Below are positions 46,931-55,634 of a DNA stretch of 64,000 nt, one piece after another. Position 1 is the first letter of the stretch. Every line of letters begins with the position of its first letter. The notes under the pieces are model-generated. The model made no database searches, had not been told where the DNA came from, and saw only the letters and a program-made list of their open reading frames with translations. The translations under genes and the position numbers were made by a program. The stretch spans positions 1,920,001-1,984,000 of the forward strand of contig CAWJGT010000003.1 in NCBI GenBank assembly GCA_963842525.1. The letters run 5' to 3'. The DNA is from an uncultured Holophagales bacterium. Its GTDB lineage: Bacteria; Acidobacteriota; Thermoanaerobaculia; Multivoradales; UBA5704.

Positions 46931-46937
46931 CGGCTGG

Positions 46938-48056
46938 TTAGCCGCCGTTGCGCGGGACCGCGCGCTCGCGGATCGTCCGCTTCCAGTGCTGGCCCCAGTT
47001 CTGGGGCGGCAGGCGCTTGACCTTCTGGATCCGCTCCTCGGCCAGCCGGTCGGCGGCGACGTGAGTGGCGATCGACTCGGCGCGCGAGATCTCGTAGACG
47101 CGGATCATGTTGTTGTAGATGCCGCGGGCTGCGCGCATGGCGCGCTCCCGATTGTAGCCGGTCAGCTCGTGGAAGACGTTGATCAGGCCGCCGGCGTTGA
47201 TCACGAAGTCCGGCGCGTAGAGGATGCCGCGGTCGTGGAGCGCCTGGCCGTCGCGCGGCTCGTCCCCGAGCTGGTTGTTGGCGGCCCCGGCCACGATCTG
47301 GCAGCGCAGGTGGGGGATCGTCCGCTCGTTGAGCACCGCCCCGAGGGCGCAAGGAGCGAGGACGTCGCATTCGACCGACAGGATTTCGTCCCCCGGCACG
47401 ATCTCGACCCCGAGCTCCTGGGCCCGCGCGATGCGGTCGGCGTCCACGTCGGCACCGAAGATCTTCGCCCCTTCGGCCTTGAGGTCGTTGGCCAGGTTGT
47501 AGCCCACCGAGCCAAGGCCCTGGATGGCCACCGACCGGCCGGCGAGCGAGTCGTTGCCGAACTTCCACTGCGCCGAGGCCTTGATCCCTTGGAGGACGCC
47601 GAAGGCGGTCACCGGAGAAGGGTCGCCGCTGCCGCCATGGGCCGCGGAGACGCCGGTCACCCAGGGCGTCTCGGTATAGGTCCACTCCATGTCATTGACA
47701 TCGGTGCCGACGTCCTCGGCGGTGATGTAGAGCCCGCCCAGCGAGTCGACGAAGCGGCCGAAACAGCGGAAAAGGGCCTCGGACTTGTCCTTTTTGGGAT
47801 CGCCGAGGATGACGGCCTTGCCGCCTCCAAGGTTGAGGCCTGTGGCCGCCGCCTTGTAGGTCATGCCGCGCGACAGGCGGAGCACATCGGTAAGGGCCTC
47901 GTCCATGCTCGGGTAGGGCCACATGCGGACCCCGCCGAGCCCGGGGCCCAGAACAGTCGAATGGACGGCGATGATGGCCCGCAGGCCCACCTCGGGGCTG
48001 GAGCAGAAGAGAACCCGCTCGTGCCCCATGTCCGCCATCTGCTGGAAGAGCTCCAT
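46938..48056 (-). CDS. Glu/Leu/Phe/Val dehydrogenase (leucine dehydrogenase-like)
   Basis: LSRGMTYK, GGGKAVI, YITAEDVG, QGLGSVG, AGAANNQL, PDFVINAGG. Confidence 0.95.
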   Translation of the reverse strand: MELFQQMADMGHERVLFCSSPEVGLRAIIAVHSTVLGPGLGGVRMWPYPSMDEALTDVLRLSRGMTYKAAATGLNLGGGKAVILGDPKKDKSEALFRCFGRFVDSLGGLYITAEDVGTDVNDMEWTYTETPWVTGVSAAHGGSGDPSPVTAFGVLQGIKASAQWKFGNDSLAGRSVAIQGLGSVGYNLANDLKAEGAKIFGADVDADRIARAQELGVEIVPGDEILSVECDVLAPCALGAVLNERTIPHLRCQIVAGAANNQLGDEPRDGQALHDRGILYAPDFVINAGGLINVFHELTGYNRERAMRAARGIYNNMIRVYEISRAESIATHVAADRLAEERIQKVKRLPPQNWGQHWKRTIRERAVPRNGG

Positions 48057-48120
48057 CACAATCCTTTCCTGAAGAACGCCCCGGAAGGCGGCCGGAAGTC
48101 TACTCGAAACCGCCCGCCGC

Positions 48121-48591
48121 TCACAGGGCCGCCAGCGCCTCCAGCACCTGCTCGTCGTGCCCGTCGACATTGACCTTCTTCCACGCCTTGCGGACCTTGC
48201 CCTCGCCGTCGATGAGGAAGGTCGAGCGCTGGATGCCCATGGAGATCTTGCCGTACATGTTCTTCTCCCGCCAGGCGCCATAGGCGTCGGCAACCTGATG
48301 GCCGGCGTCAGCGAGGAGGGGGAAGTTGAGGCTGTACTTGTCGCGGAACTTCTCATGGCTCTCCACGTCGTCCGGGGAGACGCCCAGGACCACGGCTCCC
48401 CGCGCTTTCAGATCGGCGCTGCGGTCGCGGAAGGCGCAGGCCTCCTTGGTGCAGCCGGGGGTGTCGTCCTTGGGATAGAAGTAGAGCACCACGGGCTTGC
48501 CGCGGAAGTCGGACAGCCGGACATCCTTGCCCTCGTCGCTCTTCAACGTGAAATCAGGCGCAGTCGCGCCCTCTTCGATCCAATCAGCCAT
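48121..48591 (-). CDS. bcp: Thioredoxin-dependent peroxiredoxin Bcp
   Basis: LYFYPKDDTPGCTKEAC.FRD, RSTFLID. Confidence 0.95.
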   Translation of the reverse strand: MADWIEEGATAPDFTLKSDEGKDVRLSDFRGKPVVLYFYPKDDTPGCTKEACAFRDRSADLKARGAVVLGVSPDDVESHEKFRDKYSLNFPLLADAGHQVADAYGAWREKNMYGKISMGIQRSTFLIDGEGKVRKAWKKVNVDGHDEQVLEALAAL

Positions 48592-48736
48592 CGGAAGTTC
48601 CTCCTGGAGAGAAGAAGTAGTGAGCCGGAAGAGCAACCCGGCTTGCCGGGGAAGCATATCGCGGGTCGGGACTGGCCCAGGTTCGGCTCGCAAGACCCGG
48701 CTGCTGTGGCCATAGAATGATGGCAGGAGGCATGTC

Positions 48737-49000
48737 ATGAGTCGAGCCACCTACAACTTCCATCTCCCCCTCCCTGCGGAGATCCACGACATGCTTCGGC
48801 AGGAGGTGGAGTCCTCGGGGCAGCCTGCGACCTCGCTGGCCCGCGAGGCTCTGCACGACTGGTTGGTCCGGCGGAAGAGACAGCGGCTGCACGAGGAGAT
48901 CGCAGCCTTTGCCGCGGAGCATGCGGGAACGGATCTCGACCTCGACGAGGACCTCGAACGGACCGGCATCGAAGCGATTTGGAACGAGGATCACCAGTGA
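48737..49000 (+). CDS. Orphan ribbon-helix-helix antitoxin-like protein
   Basis: AGGAGG RBS; NFHLPLP..LAREAL..W, acidic DLDEDLE tail; no intact toxin downstream. Confidence 0.65.
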   Translation: MSRATYNFHLPLPAEIHDMLRQEVESSGQPATSLAREALHDWLVRRKRQRLHEEIAAFAAEHAGTDLDLDEDLERTGIEAIWNEDHQ

Positions 49001-49019
49001 AATGGGGCGCCGCGAGTGG

Positions 49020-49745
49020 TCACAGCCAGGTAGAAATCTCGGGATGAGCGCGGACGACCGCGAGGCATTCCGGGGTGACCAGTCGGCGGGCCGAAGGACC
49101 CGCTGCGATTCGGAGGAATGCCGCGAGCACGCCTGAGAAGGGAGAGGTCCGAAAGACACTTACGATCTCCTCTGCCTCCGCATCTCGCTCTGCCGTCCTG
49201 AGCTGCGCATAGCGGGGCAGAAGGTGGAATAGGGTCAACCAGGCCCGCCGCCGGCCCAGGGGGAGGGTCGTCCGGTTGAGCCCGAACACGTCGATGCTGG
49301 AGTCGCCTTTGGACGTCCGGGCGGCGTACTCTCCGGTACTCGTCAGGAAGCGTAGGTGGTCGAGGGGTTCCTCCTCCGTCGGGTTGAGCAGAAGAGGCTG
49401 ATCGCCGTCATCGAGGGGGAACTGACTCCGCTTGAAGTTGCTGTTGCAGCGAGAGCAGCCGAACAGGTAATTGTGCCAGTCGAAGGCTCGCTCGGGATAG
49501 GCCGACTTGGGCCAGAAGTGCTCAATGTCGGTCCCTTCGCTGTCCTCGCAGTACATGCACCGTTCGAGTCCGCTCGCCATGCGCCGGAGGGTGGTCCGGA
49601 TCTCCGCGAAGGCCTTGGTCGTCTGGAGCCTCCAAAAACGGTCTGCTTCGGCCTTTGGGTCTGCCGAGCTGGTCACCGCATGGGTACGTTTCTGAAGAAA
49701 TTCGAGAGTCTCATGGCTCAGAGGCAGCCGATGAAGCCGTCTCAT
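49020..49745 (-). CDS. HNH endonuclease (PtuB-like)
   Basis: CMYCE..IEHFWPKS.YP...W.NY..C..CN..K, LLNP, FGLNR. Confidence 0.88.
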   Translation of the reverse strand: MRRLHRLPLSHETLEFLQKRTHAVTSSADPKAEADRFWRLQTTKAFAEIRTTLRRMASGLERCMYCEDSEGTDIEHFWPKSAYPERAFDWHNYLFGCSRCNSNFKRSQFPLDDGDQPLLLNPTEEEPLDHLRFLTSTGEYAARTSKGDSSIDVFGLNRTTLPLGRRRAWLTLFHLLPRYAQLRTAERDAEAEEIVSVFRTSPFSGVLAAFLRIAAGPSARRLVTPECLAVVRAHPEISTWL

Positions 49746-51049
49746 ACATCAGCCGCCAGCTTGCGGAGTGCCTGCTCAACCGCGGAGGGCAAGGTCTGTG
49801 GCAGATGGGAGCTGAGCCGCTCGAACTCTTCTTCTTCGACTGGGGTCGCATCTCCCGACTGGAGCCGCGCTTCGAGCTCCGCCACCCGCTCTCGGAGCTT
49901 CTCAGTTTCTTCAGAGTAGGGAGTCTCCAGCCCGAACAGGTCGGTCAGCACGGCTTCATCAAGGCTACCGTTGACGACCGTGTTGTAGAGATCTTCGGAG
50001 ACGTGCGCGGCGACCCGGTCCTCGCCAGGGGCAGGGAGGCGGATCAAGCCCCTCGGGTCGGCGGCCTGGCAGATGAACGGACTGTGGGTTGTGACGATGA
50101 ACTGGATATTGGGGAAGTGGCGCTTCAGCCAGAAGCCGATTCGCTTCTGCCAGGAGACGTGAAGGTGGAGGTCGACCTCGTCGATGAGGACGACGCCTTC
50201 GTGGAGGACGCGCAGGAACCTGCCTTCCTCGTCCTGCGCCTCCTCGACCTCGAGAGAGCCAAAACATTTCTGCAGATGGTGAACGATATCCATGACGAGA
50301 GCAGTGGTCGTCCGATAGCCGTCACTCATCTCGGCCAGAGGCAGTCTCACACCGTGCTGTTTCACCCAGAGGGCATCCGAGTCGATATCCTCAACCAGCA
50401 CTCCGTCAGGAAGGAGCCCGTCATTCAAGAGCGCGATGACACTCCTTTTGAGCTCGGCCGCACCACTCTTTCCCTCCAGGTTCCTCAAGTGCAACTCTCG
50501 TAGCCAAGTGACGGCTTCAAGGAGTGAGGCATCCTCGCGGAAGAGGGTCACCACACGAGCAAGCGGAGAAGGGCCAGCCATCAGGCTGTATGCTTCTGTC
50601 GTGGCTCCTGTCAGCCGACGGTAAGGACCATAGCCCGCCAAGAATCTTTGATTCCAGAAGGCCAACTCCTGCGGAAAGTCTAGGCCCATACTGAAGCGGA
50701 AGGTTGGGCCCATTTCGCTCGACTCCCAAACGAGCCGCATGGACCTGAAGTTGTGGTCCGAGAGCTGCCGTTCGGCTATATTCAGTTTTTGCTCGATCTC
50801 GCTGCTGCCCTCTGCCGCACCTGTCCTGAGCCATTGCTCGAAGCTCGGACTCAGGGCTGTAGCCCTTACACCCAAGCTCGTTACAGCGAGGATCCGAAGG
50901 AGGCTAGATTTGCCCGATCCATTCCTTCCCGCCAGCACCGTCCATCCTGCAAAGCTCCCATCCGGCCGGGTGAAGTCGAGGTCGACCTCCTTGAAGCCTC
51001 GGACGTTGCGGATCTTGACTCTCCGTATATACACAGGATGCTCCTTCAA
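49742..51049 (-). CDS. ABC/AAA-type ATPase (PtuA-like)
   Basis: GRNGSGKS, MSDGY signature, VLIDEVDLHLH..WQ, FIVTTHSP; overlaps the HNH gene. Confidence 0.9.
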   Translation of the reverse strand: MKEHPVYIRRVKIRNVRGFKEVDLDFTRPDGSFAGWTVLAGRNGSGKSSLLRILAVTSLGVRATALSPSFEQWLRTGAAEGSSEIEQKLNIAERQLSDHNFRSMRLVWESSEMGPTFRFSMGLDFPQELAFWNQRFLAGYGPYRRLTGATTEAYSLMAGPSPLARVVTLFREDASLLEAVTWLRELHLRNLEGKSGAAELKRSVIALLNDGLLPDGVLVEDIDSDALWVKQHGVRLPLAEMSDGYRTTTALVMDIVHHLQKCFGSLEVEEAQDEEGRFLRVLHEGVVLIDEVDLHLHVSWQKRIGFWLKRHFPNIQFIVTTHSPFICQAADPRGLIRLPAPGEDRVAAHVSEDLYNTVVNGSLDEAVLTDLFGLETPYSEETEKLRERVAELEARLQSGDATPVEEEEFERLSSHLPQTLPSAVEQALRKLAADV

Positions 51050-51153
51050 GCCTCCAACGACTCGATCTCCGGCGTCAGCTCGATCCGGTTCGGCAGTTCC
51101 GCGATCTTCTGTTCCGGTCGAGTCGCCTGCTTTTCCTCAACGCAGCCGGCAGA

Positions 51154-51330
51154 TTATTCCCGGTCTTCGAGCAAGAGTTCTGCCACAGTCTTGGAACCTT
51201 GCACCGGCACGCGAGGCACATCGGACGACGGCTTCTGACCGCTCCACGAAGCCATCCCGGATTCGAGCATGGACTGAATCTTGTCCGCGATCATCTTCTG
51301 CGGCCTCGGTGGAACCTTCATGGATGGCAT
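51154..51330 (-). pseudogene. Possible C-terminal remnant of a Phd/VapB-type antitoxin
   Basis: G.ASWSGQKP...V.VQGSKTVAELLLEDRE resembles VapB tails; no N-terminal domain and no toxin. Confidence 0.5.
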
Positions 51331-51650
51331 TCTAACTACATCAGACCCGCCGCATCCAAAACGCCACCCCATCCAGAGAGGGGCCGGAGCGGCCGTCCCT
51401 GAGATTCGCGCGAGCAGGGAGCGGCTCCCCAGGGCCCCAGACCGGGCCGCTCCCCGTCTACGCGTACGTCGATTTTCAAAGAACCCTGCTTCTACATCCG
51501 CTAGTGTCCGCGAAAACAGGATCTCCATCGCTGCGTTGATGCTACGGTAGATCCAATGAGTATGTCAAGGCTCCTGGAGAAAGGCAGAGAAACGGCAAGA
51601 GATGGGACGGATTCAGAGTCATCCGATAAACCTACGGAGCCATCTGCATC

Positions 51651-51982
51651 GATCCAGGGTCACCCGACAGACATCGCGAGTCGCCTGACAGGTGTGCAGA
51701 GTCGTCTCGATCCCTATCAGGTCACCTCCGATCGATCCAGGTCCTTGGATGAGCATCGCGCGCCACCTGACGGGCATCCAGGCGGTCTGGATCGATCGCG
51801 GCTCATCTCGGATGGATCCAGGGTTGCCTGGATCCATCGCGGTCACGCCGCAGGTATCGCGAGTTACCTGACAGGCATCCAGGGCTGCCTGGATCGATCG
51901 CAGGTCGCCTCGGATGGATCCAGGGTTGCCTGGATCGATCGCGGTCACGCGATAGGCATACAGATCGCTCTGAATCGATCCC
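51651..51982. repeat. Degenerate tandem array of ~20-bp GATC-rich units
   Basis: About 16 units; 15 GATC counted; 41-bp near-exact block at 51808 and 51910. Confidence 0.85.
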
Positions 51983-51983
51983 T

Positions 51984-52874
51984 TCAAACCCGCCGCAGCC
52001 GGAATGCCACGCCGTCCCAGAGGCGGAAGGGCTTCTCCCCCGCGGTCTCGATCTCGAAGCCGGTAGCCGCTGCCAGGAAGTGGACCTCGGAGACGTCGGA
52101 GATGACGTCGTCCCGGTAGGAGAAGTTGAGGATCACGAAGTCACCGCTCGGCCGCAGCACCCGCGCCGCCTCGCGGAAGTGGGTCTCGGCCAGCTCCCTC
52201 CCGACGTTATGGATGTAGGGGAAGGAGTCCACGGCGAAGACGAGGTCGAAGCCCTGGTCGGGAAATTCGGCGAGGTCGCGTCCCGAGCCCACCGACAGGA
52301 AGACGTTGGGCAGCTCCGCACAGCGGCGGCGGGCGGCCTCGATCATCTTCGGCGAGATGTCGAGCCCGTGGGTCTCGGCCAGACGGGAGGCGAAGGCGAT
52401 CTGGAAGCGGCCGATGCCGCAGCCGATCTCAAGGGCCCGCCGGTCGGCCCCGAGCAGGTCCCAACGCTCGAAGAGCTCGACGATCTCCCGTGTCCCTTTT
52501 TCGAGCAGCTTGGGGTTGCCGAGCGACCAGGCCGCCACGCTGGCCACCTCGCTGCGGGCGACCGCCCGGTCGAAGAAGCTGCGGCAGGTCTCGATTCCCT
52601 CCTCGTGCGAGGCGAAGCGCTGGTAGGGGTCCGGATGCTCGTTGAGCATCTCGGAGATCTGGTGGCACCCCCGGCGGTTCTGGCGCACCAGGCGGGTCAT
52701 CTGCGCGAGCGCCTGCGGCAGAGGCGGCTCCCAGTCGCGCTCTACCGCGTCGAGGATCGCCTCGGTCTCTTCGGCGCTCCCCATAGCGAGGACCATCCGG
52801 GCGAGAGCGATCGACGGCGAGATCTTCCCCAGCAAACAGTCCTCGATCGCCCACCGCGCCTCCTGGGGGTCCAC
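51984..52874 (-). CDS. Class I SAM-dependent methyltransferase (start uncertain, up to 53003)
   Basis: ALEIGCGIGR, GLDIS..MI, FDLV, RVLRPSG. Confidence 0.88.
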   Translation of the reverse strand: MDPQEARWAIEDCLLGKISPSIALARMVLAMGSAEETEAILDAVERDWEPPLPQALAQMTRLVRQNRRGCHQISEMLNEHPDPYQRFASHEEGIETCRSFFDRAVARSEVASVAAWSLGNPKLLEKGTREIVELFERWDLLGADRRALEIGCGIGRFQIAFASRLAETHGLDISPKMIEAARRRCAELPNVFLSVGSGRDLAEFPDQGFDLVFAVDSFPYIHNVGRELAETHFREAARVLRPSGDFVILNFSYRDDVISDVSEVHFLAAATGFEIETAGEKPFRLWDGVAFRLRRV

Positions 52875-52986
52875 CGGGGCCAGACGGGATTGGATCTCGG
52901 CCTTGTAGATTCTGCGGGACTGGGTTTTCAAGACGGATGGGACTTTCGCGAATTCGGGCTTCGACCTCGGGGTTATCCTACCCCGC

Positions 52987-54185
52987 ATGGACCCCCGCGC
53001 CACCGCCGAGATGCTGAAGTCGTGGGCCCTGGAGGCCGGGTTCGAACCGGGCCGGGGTGGCGGGGTTGGAGCCTTCTGTCAACGGGGAGGCGCTCCTGCG
53101 GTGGCTCGCCCGGGGGGAGCAGGCGGACATGGGATACCTGGAGCGCCGGATCGAGGCACGGCTGGAGCCGGCGAAGGTCGTGCCGGGGACCCGGAGTGTC
53201 CTCTGCGTGGCTCTTCAATACTCACCTCTATCTAATAAGGATGGAGAGGAGGTGCCGGACCCCAAGGGAGACCTCTGGCCTCGGGTAGCCCGGTATGCCC
53301 GCGGGCGGGACTACCACGACGTGATGCAGGACCGGCTGAAGACCCTGGAGACGCGAATCGCCGAAGCGTTCCCGGGGCTGGTCAGCCGCCGCTATGTGGA
53401 TACCGGGCCGGTGCTCGAACGCGAGCTCGCGGCGCGGGCCGGGCTCGGGGTGCCGGGGAAGAACACGAACCTGCTGCATCCCGAAGCGGGGTCGTGGTTC
53501 CTGCTCGGCGAGCTGTTCCTGTCGCTCGACCTCGCGCCGGATGTCCCACTGGCCGACCTCTGCGGGAGCTGCACGCGCTGTCTCGAAGCCTGCCCGACCG
53601 GGGCGCTTCCCGAGCCGTGGCGCCTGGACAGCAACCGCTGCATCAGCTATTGGACGATCGAGCATCGCGGGGCTCTCCCCCCGGAGGCCCGGGAGATGGT
53701 GGGGGACTGGGTTTTCGGCTGCGACATCTGCCAGGAGGTCTGCCCGTGGAACACGGCGCCGCAGGGGAGCTCATCACCCCGAGTTGGAGCTACCGGATGA
53801 GCGAAGCGAGCTCGATCTGGCCGGACTGCTGCGCCTGGGCCGGGAGGAGTACGTCGAACGGTTCCGCGGCAGCCCCATGAAGCGCGCCAAGCTGGAGGGC
53901 CTCCAGCGGAACGCCGCCGTCGCCATGGGCAACCGCCGTCACCCCCGCTACATCGCACCCCTCGCCGCCGCCCTGGCCGAAGGGGAGCCCCTCGTCCGCG
54001 CTCATGCAGCGTGGGCTCTGGGGAGGATCGGTGAAGGCGCGGCATGGCAGATCCTCGAAGAGGCGCGGACAAGGGAGACGGACGAAGCCGTCCGGGTCGA
54101 GATCGCGGCCGCTCTGACCGGGGCTTGCAAATCGCTCAGAGCTCCGGATATGATGAAAACACATATTTCGGAGGAGAAAGCATGA
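52987..54185 (+). CDS. queG: Epoxyqueuosine reductase, two frameshifts (~53055, ~53770)
   Basis: ARYARGRDYH, VDTGPVLER, GSWFLLGE, CGSCTRCLEACPT, CISYWTIE, GCDICQEVCPWN, RNAAVAMGN. Confidence 0.92.
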
Positions 54186-55429
54186 GACAGAAGATCGCTG
54201 CTCTCGTCGCCGTCCTGATCCTGATTCCGCTGCTGTCCGTTCCGGCCTGGAGCGAGACAAGTCCGGTCGGGGCCGAATTTCGCGTCAACCGCAGTACCGA
54301 CGCCCAGCACCACAACTCCGTCGCCGCTTTCAACGCGGCCGGCACGCGGGCCGTGGTGGTATGGGATAACGACAAGACCGGGCTGCGCGCCCGCTTCGTC
54401 GGCCGTAACGGTGCGCCGCTCTCCGATGAGCTCGGCCTGGTCGCCAATCAGGTCATCCCCGGCCTGCCGTTCCGCGGGGAGGTGACAGTCCGCAAGCAGG
54501 CCACGGTCGGCTACGTGCCGACGGGTGACTTCCTGCTCGCCTGGACCGAGGAGCGCGCTTTCCTGAGCACCGACATCTTTTTCGAAAGCCGCAGGGTGCT
54601 CGACCGCGATGTCTTTGTCCAGCGGTTCACCGCCGCCGGCGCGCCGGTCGGTACGGCCACGCGGGTCAACGCCACGACCGCCGGCCTCCAGAGCGCGCCG
54701 AAGCTGCTGGTCCGCAAGGGTGGGGCCGTGGTGGTCTGGGAAGGTCCGGATGGCATCTTCGGACGCCTGATCTCCCTCGCCGGCGCTCCGTCGGGTGCGG
54801 AGTTCCGGGTGAAGCCGGATGCGGGTGCCGCTTCGGGCGCTGCCATTGCCGGCGACGGCAACCGGTTCGCCGTGGTCTGGGAGGCTGCTGACGGCGGCAC
54901 CCAGGGGGTCTTCGCCCGCCTGTTCGACGCCGCCGCGCGGCCGGTCGGCGGCGAGATCCGGATCAACAACCAGGTCCCCGGCCTGCAGCGGCGGGCGGGG
55001 ATCACCGCGGACGGCGACGGCGGCTGGCTGGTGGTCTGGCAGGGACAGGTCGGCCCGCGCACGGACGCGCGCATCTTCGGCCAGTTCCTCGGCGAGGCCG
55101 GCAATCACGTCGGCCCCAACTTCCGGGTGAGCGGCGATCAGGCCAAGATCAGGATCGCGCCGTCGGCGGCGCGTCTCCCGGGTGGCGGCTTCCTGGTGGT
55201 CTGGATGGACTGGGACAAGGTCTTTCCCCTGTGGCTCACCGGCGCCACCCTCGACCGCCTGGGCAACGTGACCGCGGAGGAGCTCGCGATCAACGACCTG
55301 CAGATCGACGCGCACCACCGCACCTCTCTCGCGACCAGCGCGGCCGGCGACGTCCTGGTCTCCTGGGAGGGCTACGCGCCCGGACAGCAGAGGTCGGGCA
55401 TCCAGGCGCGCATCTTCCGCGCCGAGTAG
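54182..55429 (+). CDS. Exported repeat protein, probable beta-propeller
   Basis: GGAG RBS, signal peptide, about six G.EFRVN / VVW / ARxF repeats. Confidence 0.8.
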   Translation: MRQKIAALVAVLILIPLLSVPAWSETSPVGAEFRVNRSTDAQHHNSVAAFNAAGTRAVVVWDNDKTGLRARFVGRNGAPLSDELGLVANQVIPGLPFRGEVTVRKQATVGYVPTGDFLLAWTEERAFLSTDIFFESRRVLDRDVFVQRFTAAGAPVGTATRVNATTAGLQSAPKLLVRKGGAVVVWEGPDGIFGRLISLAGAPSGAEFRVKPDAGAASGAAIAGDGNRFAVVWEAADGGTQGVFARLFDAAARPVGGEIRINNQVPGLQRRAGITADGDGGWLVVWQGQVGPRTDARIFGQFLGEAGNHVGPNFRVSGDQAKIRIAPSAARLPGGGFLVVWMDWDKVFPLWLTGATLDRLGNVTAEELAINDLQIDAHHRTSLATSAAGDVLVSWEGYAPGQQRSGIQARIFRAE

Positions 55430-55498
55430 GCCCGAGTGGTCCCATCCCCCTCTCCCAAGGCCCTTCGCCGGGCCGCGGAGAGGGGGGTGGATCTTGGA

Positions 55499-55528
55499 TT
55501 GACACCCAGCCCGCCGTCCCCCTATACT
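55499..55528 (+). promoter_or_regulatory. Sigma70-type promoter upstream of rpsA
   Basis: TTGACA-N18-TATACT. Confidence 0.7.
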
Positions 55529-55634
55529 CGAAGACCCGAGTTCTCAAGGACTTATGCAGAGCTCGAACCCCTCACGCCCGTGGGGAGCACAGGCCCGAGT
55601 GCCTGAATCCATGCCCAAGGAGGTACGATTTTTT

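Noticed and set aside
51651-51982. CRISPR array, or the 51556-52119 ORF as a real gene
   Set aside because: Units are contiguous and degenerate, with no unique spacers or cas genes; the ORF overlaps the methyltransferase antisense and unit length is not a constant multiple of three
49020-52000. Retron
   Set aside because: No reverse transcriptase ORF anywhere in the window
52987-54185. Programmed frameshifting or pseudogenisation of queG (also Uma2 and GT4)
   Set aside because: Breaks fall mostly near short G/C runs in otherwise intact genes; consensus indel error is simpler
55441-55487. Additional family-A repeat before the rpsA promoter
   Set aside because: Only the CCCCCTCTCC/GGAGAGGGGG core is present; it could be a plain terminator hairpin, so it was not counted
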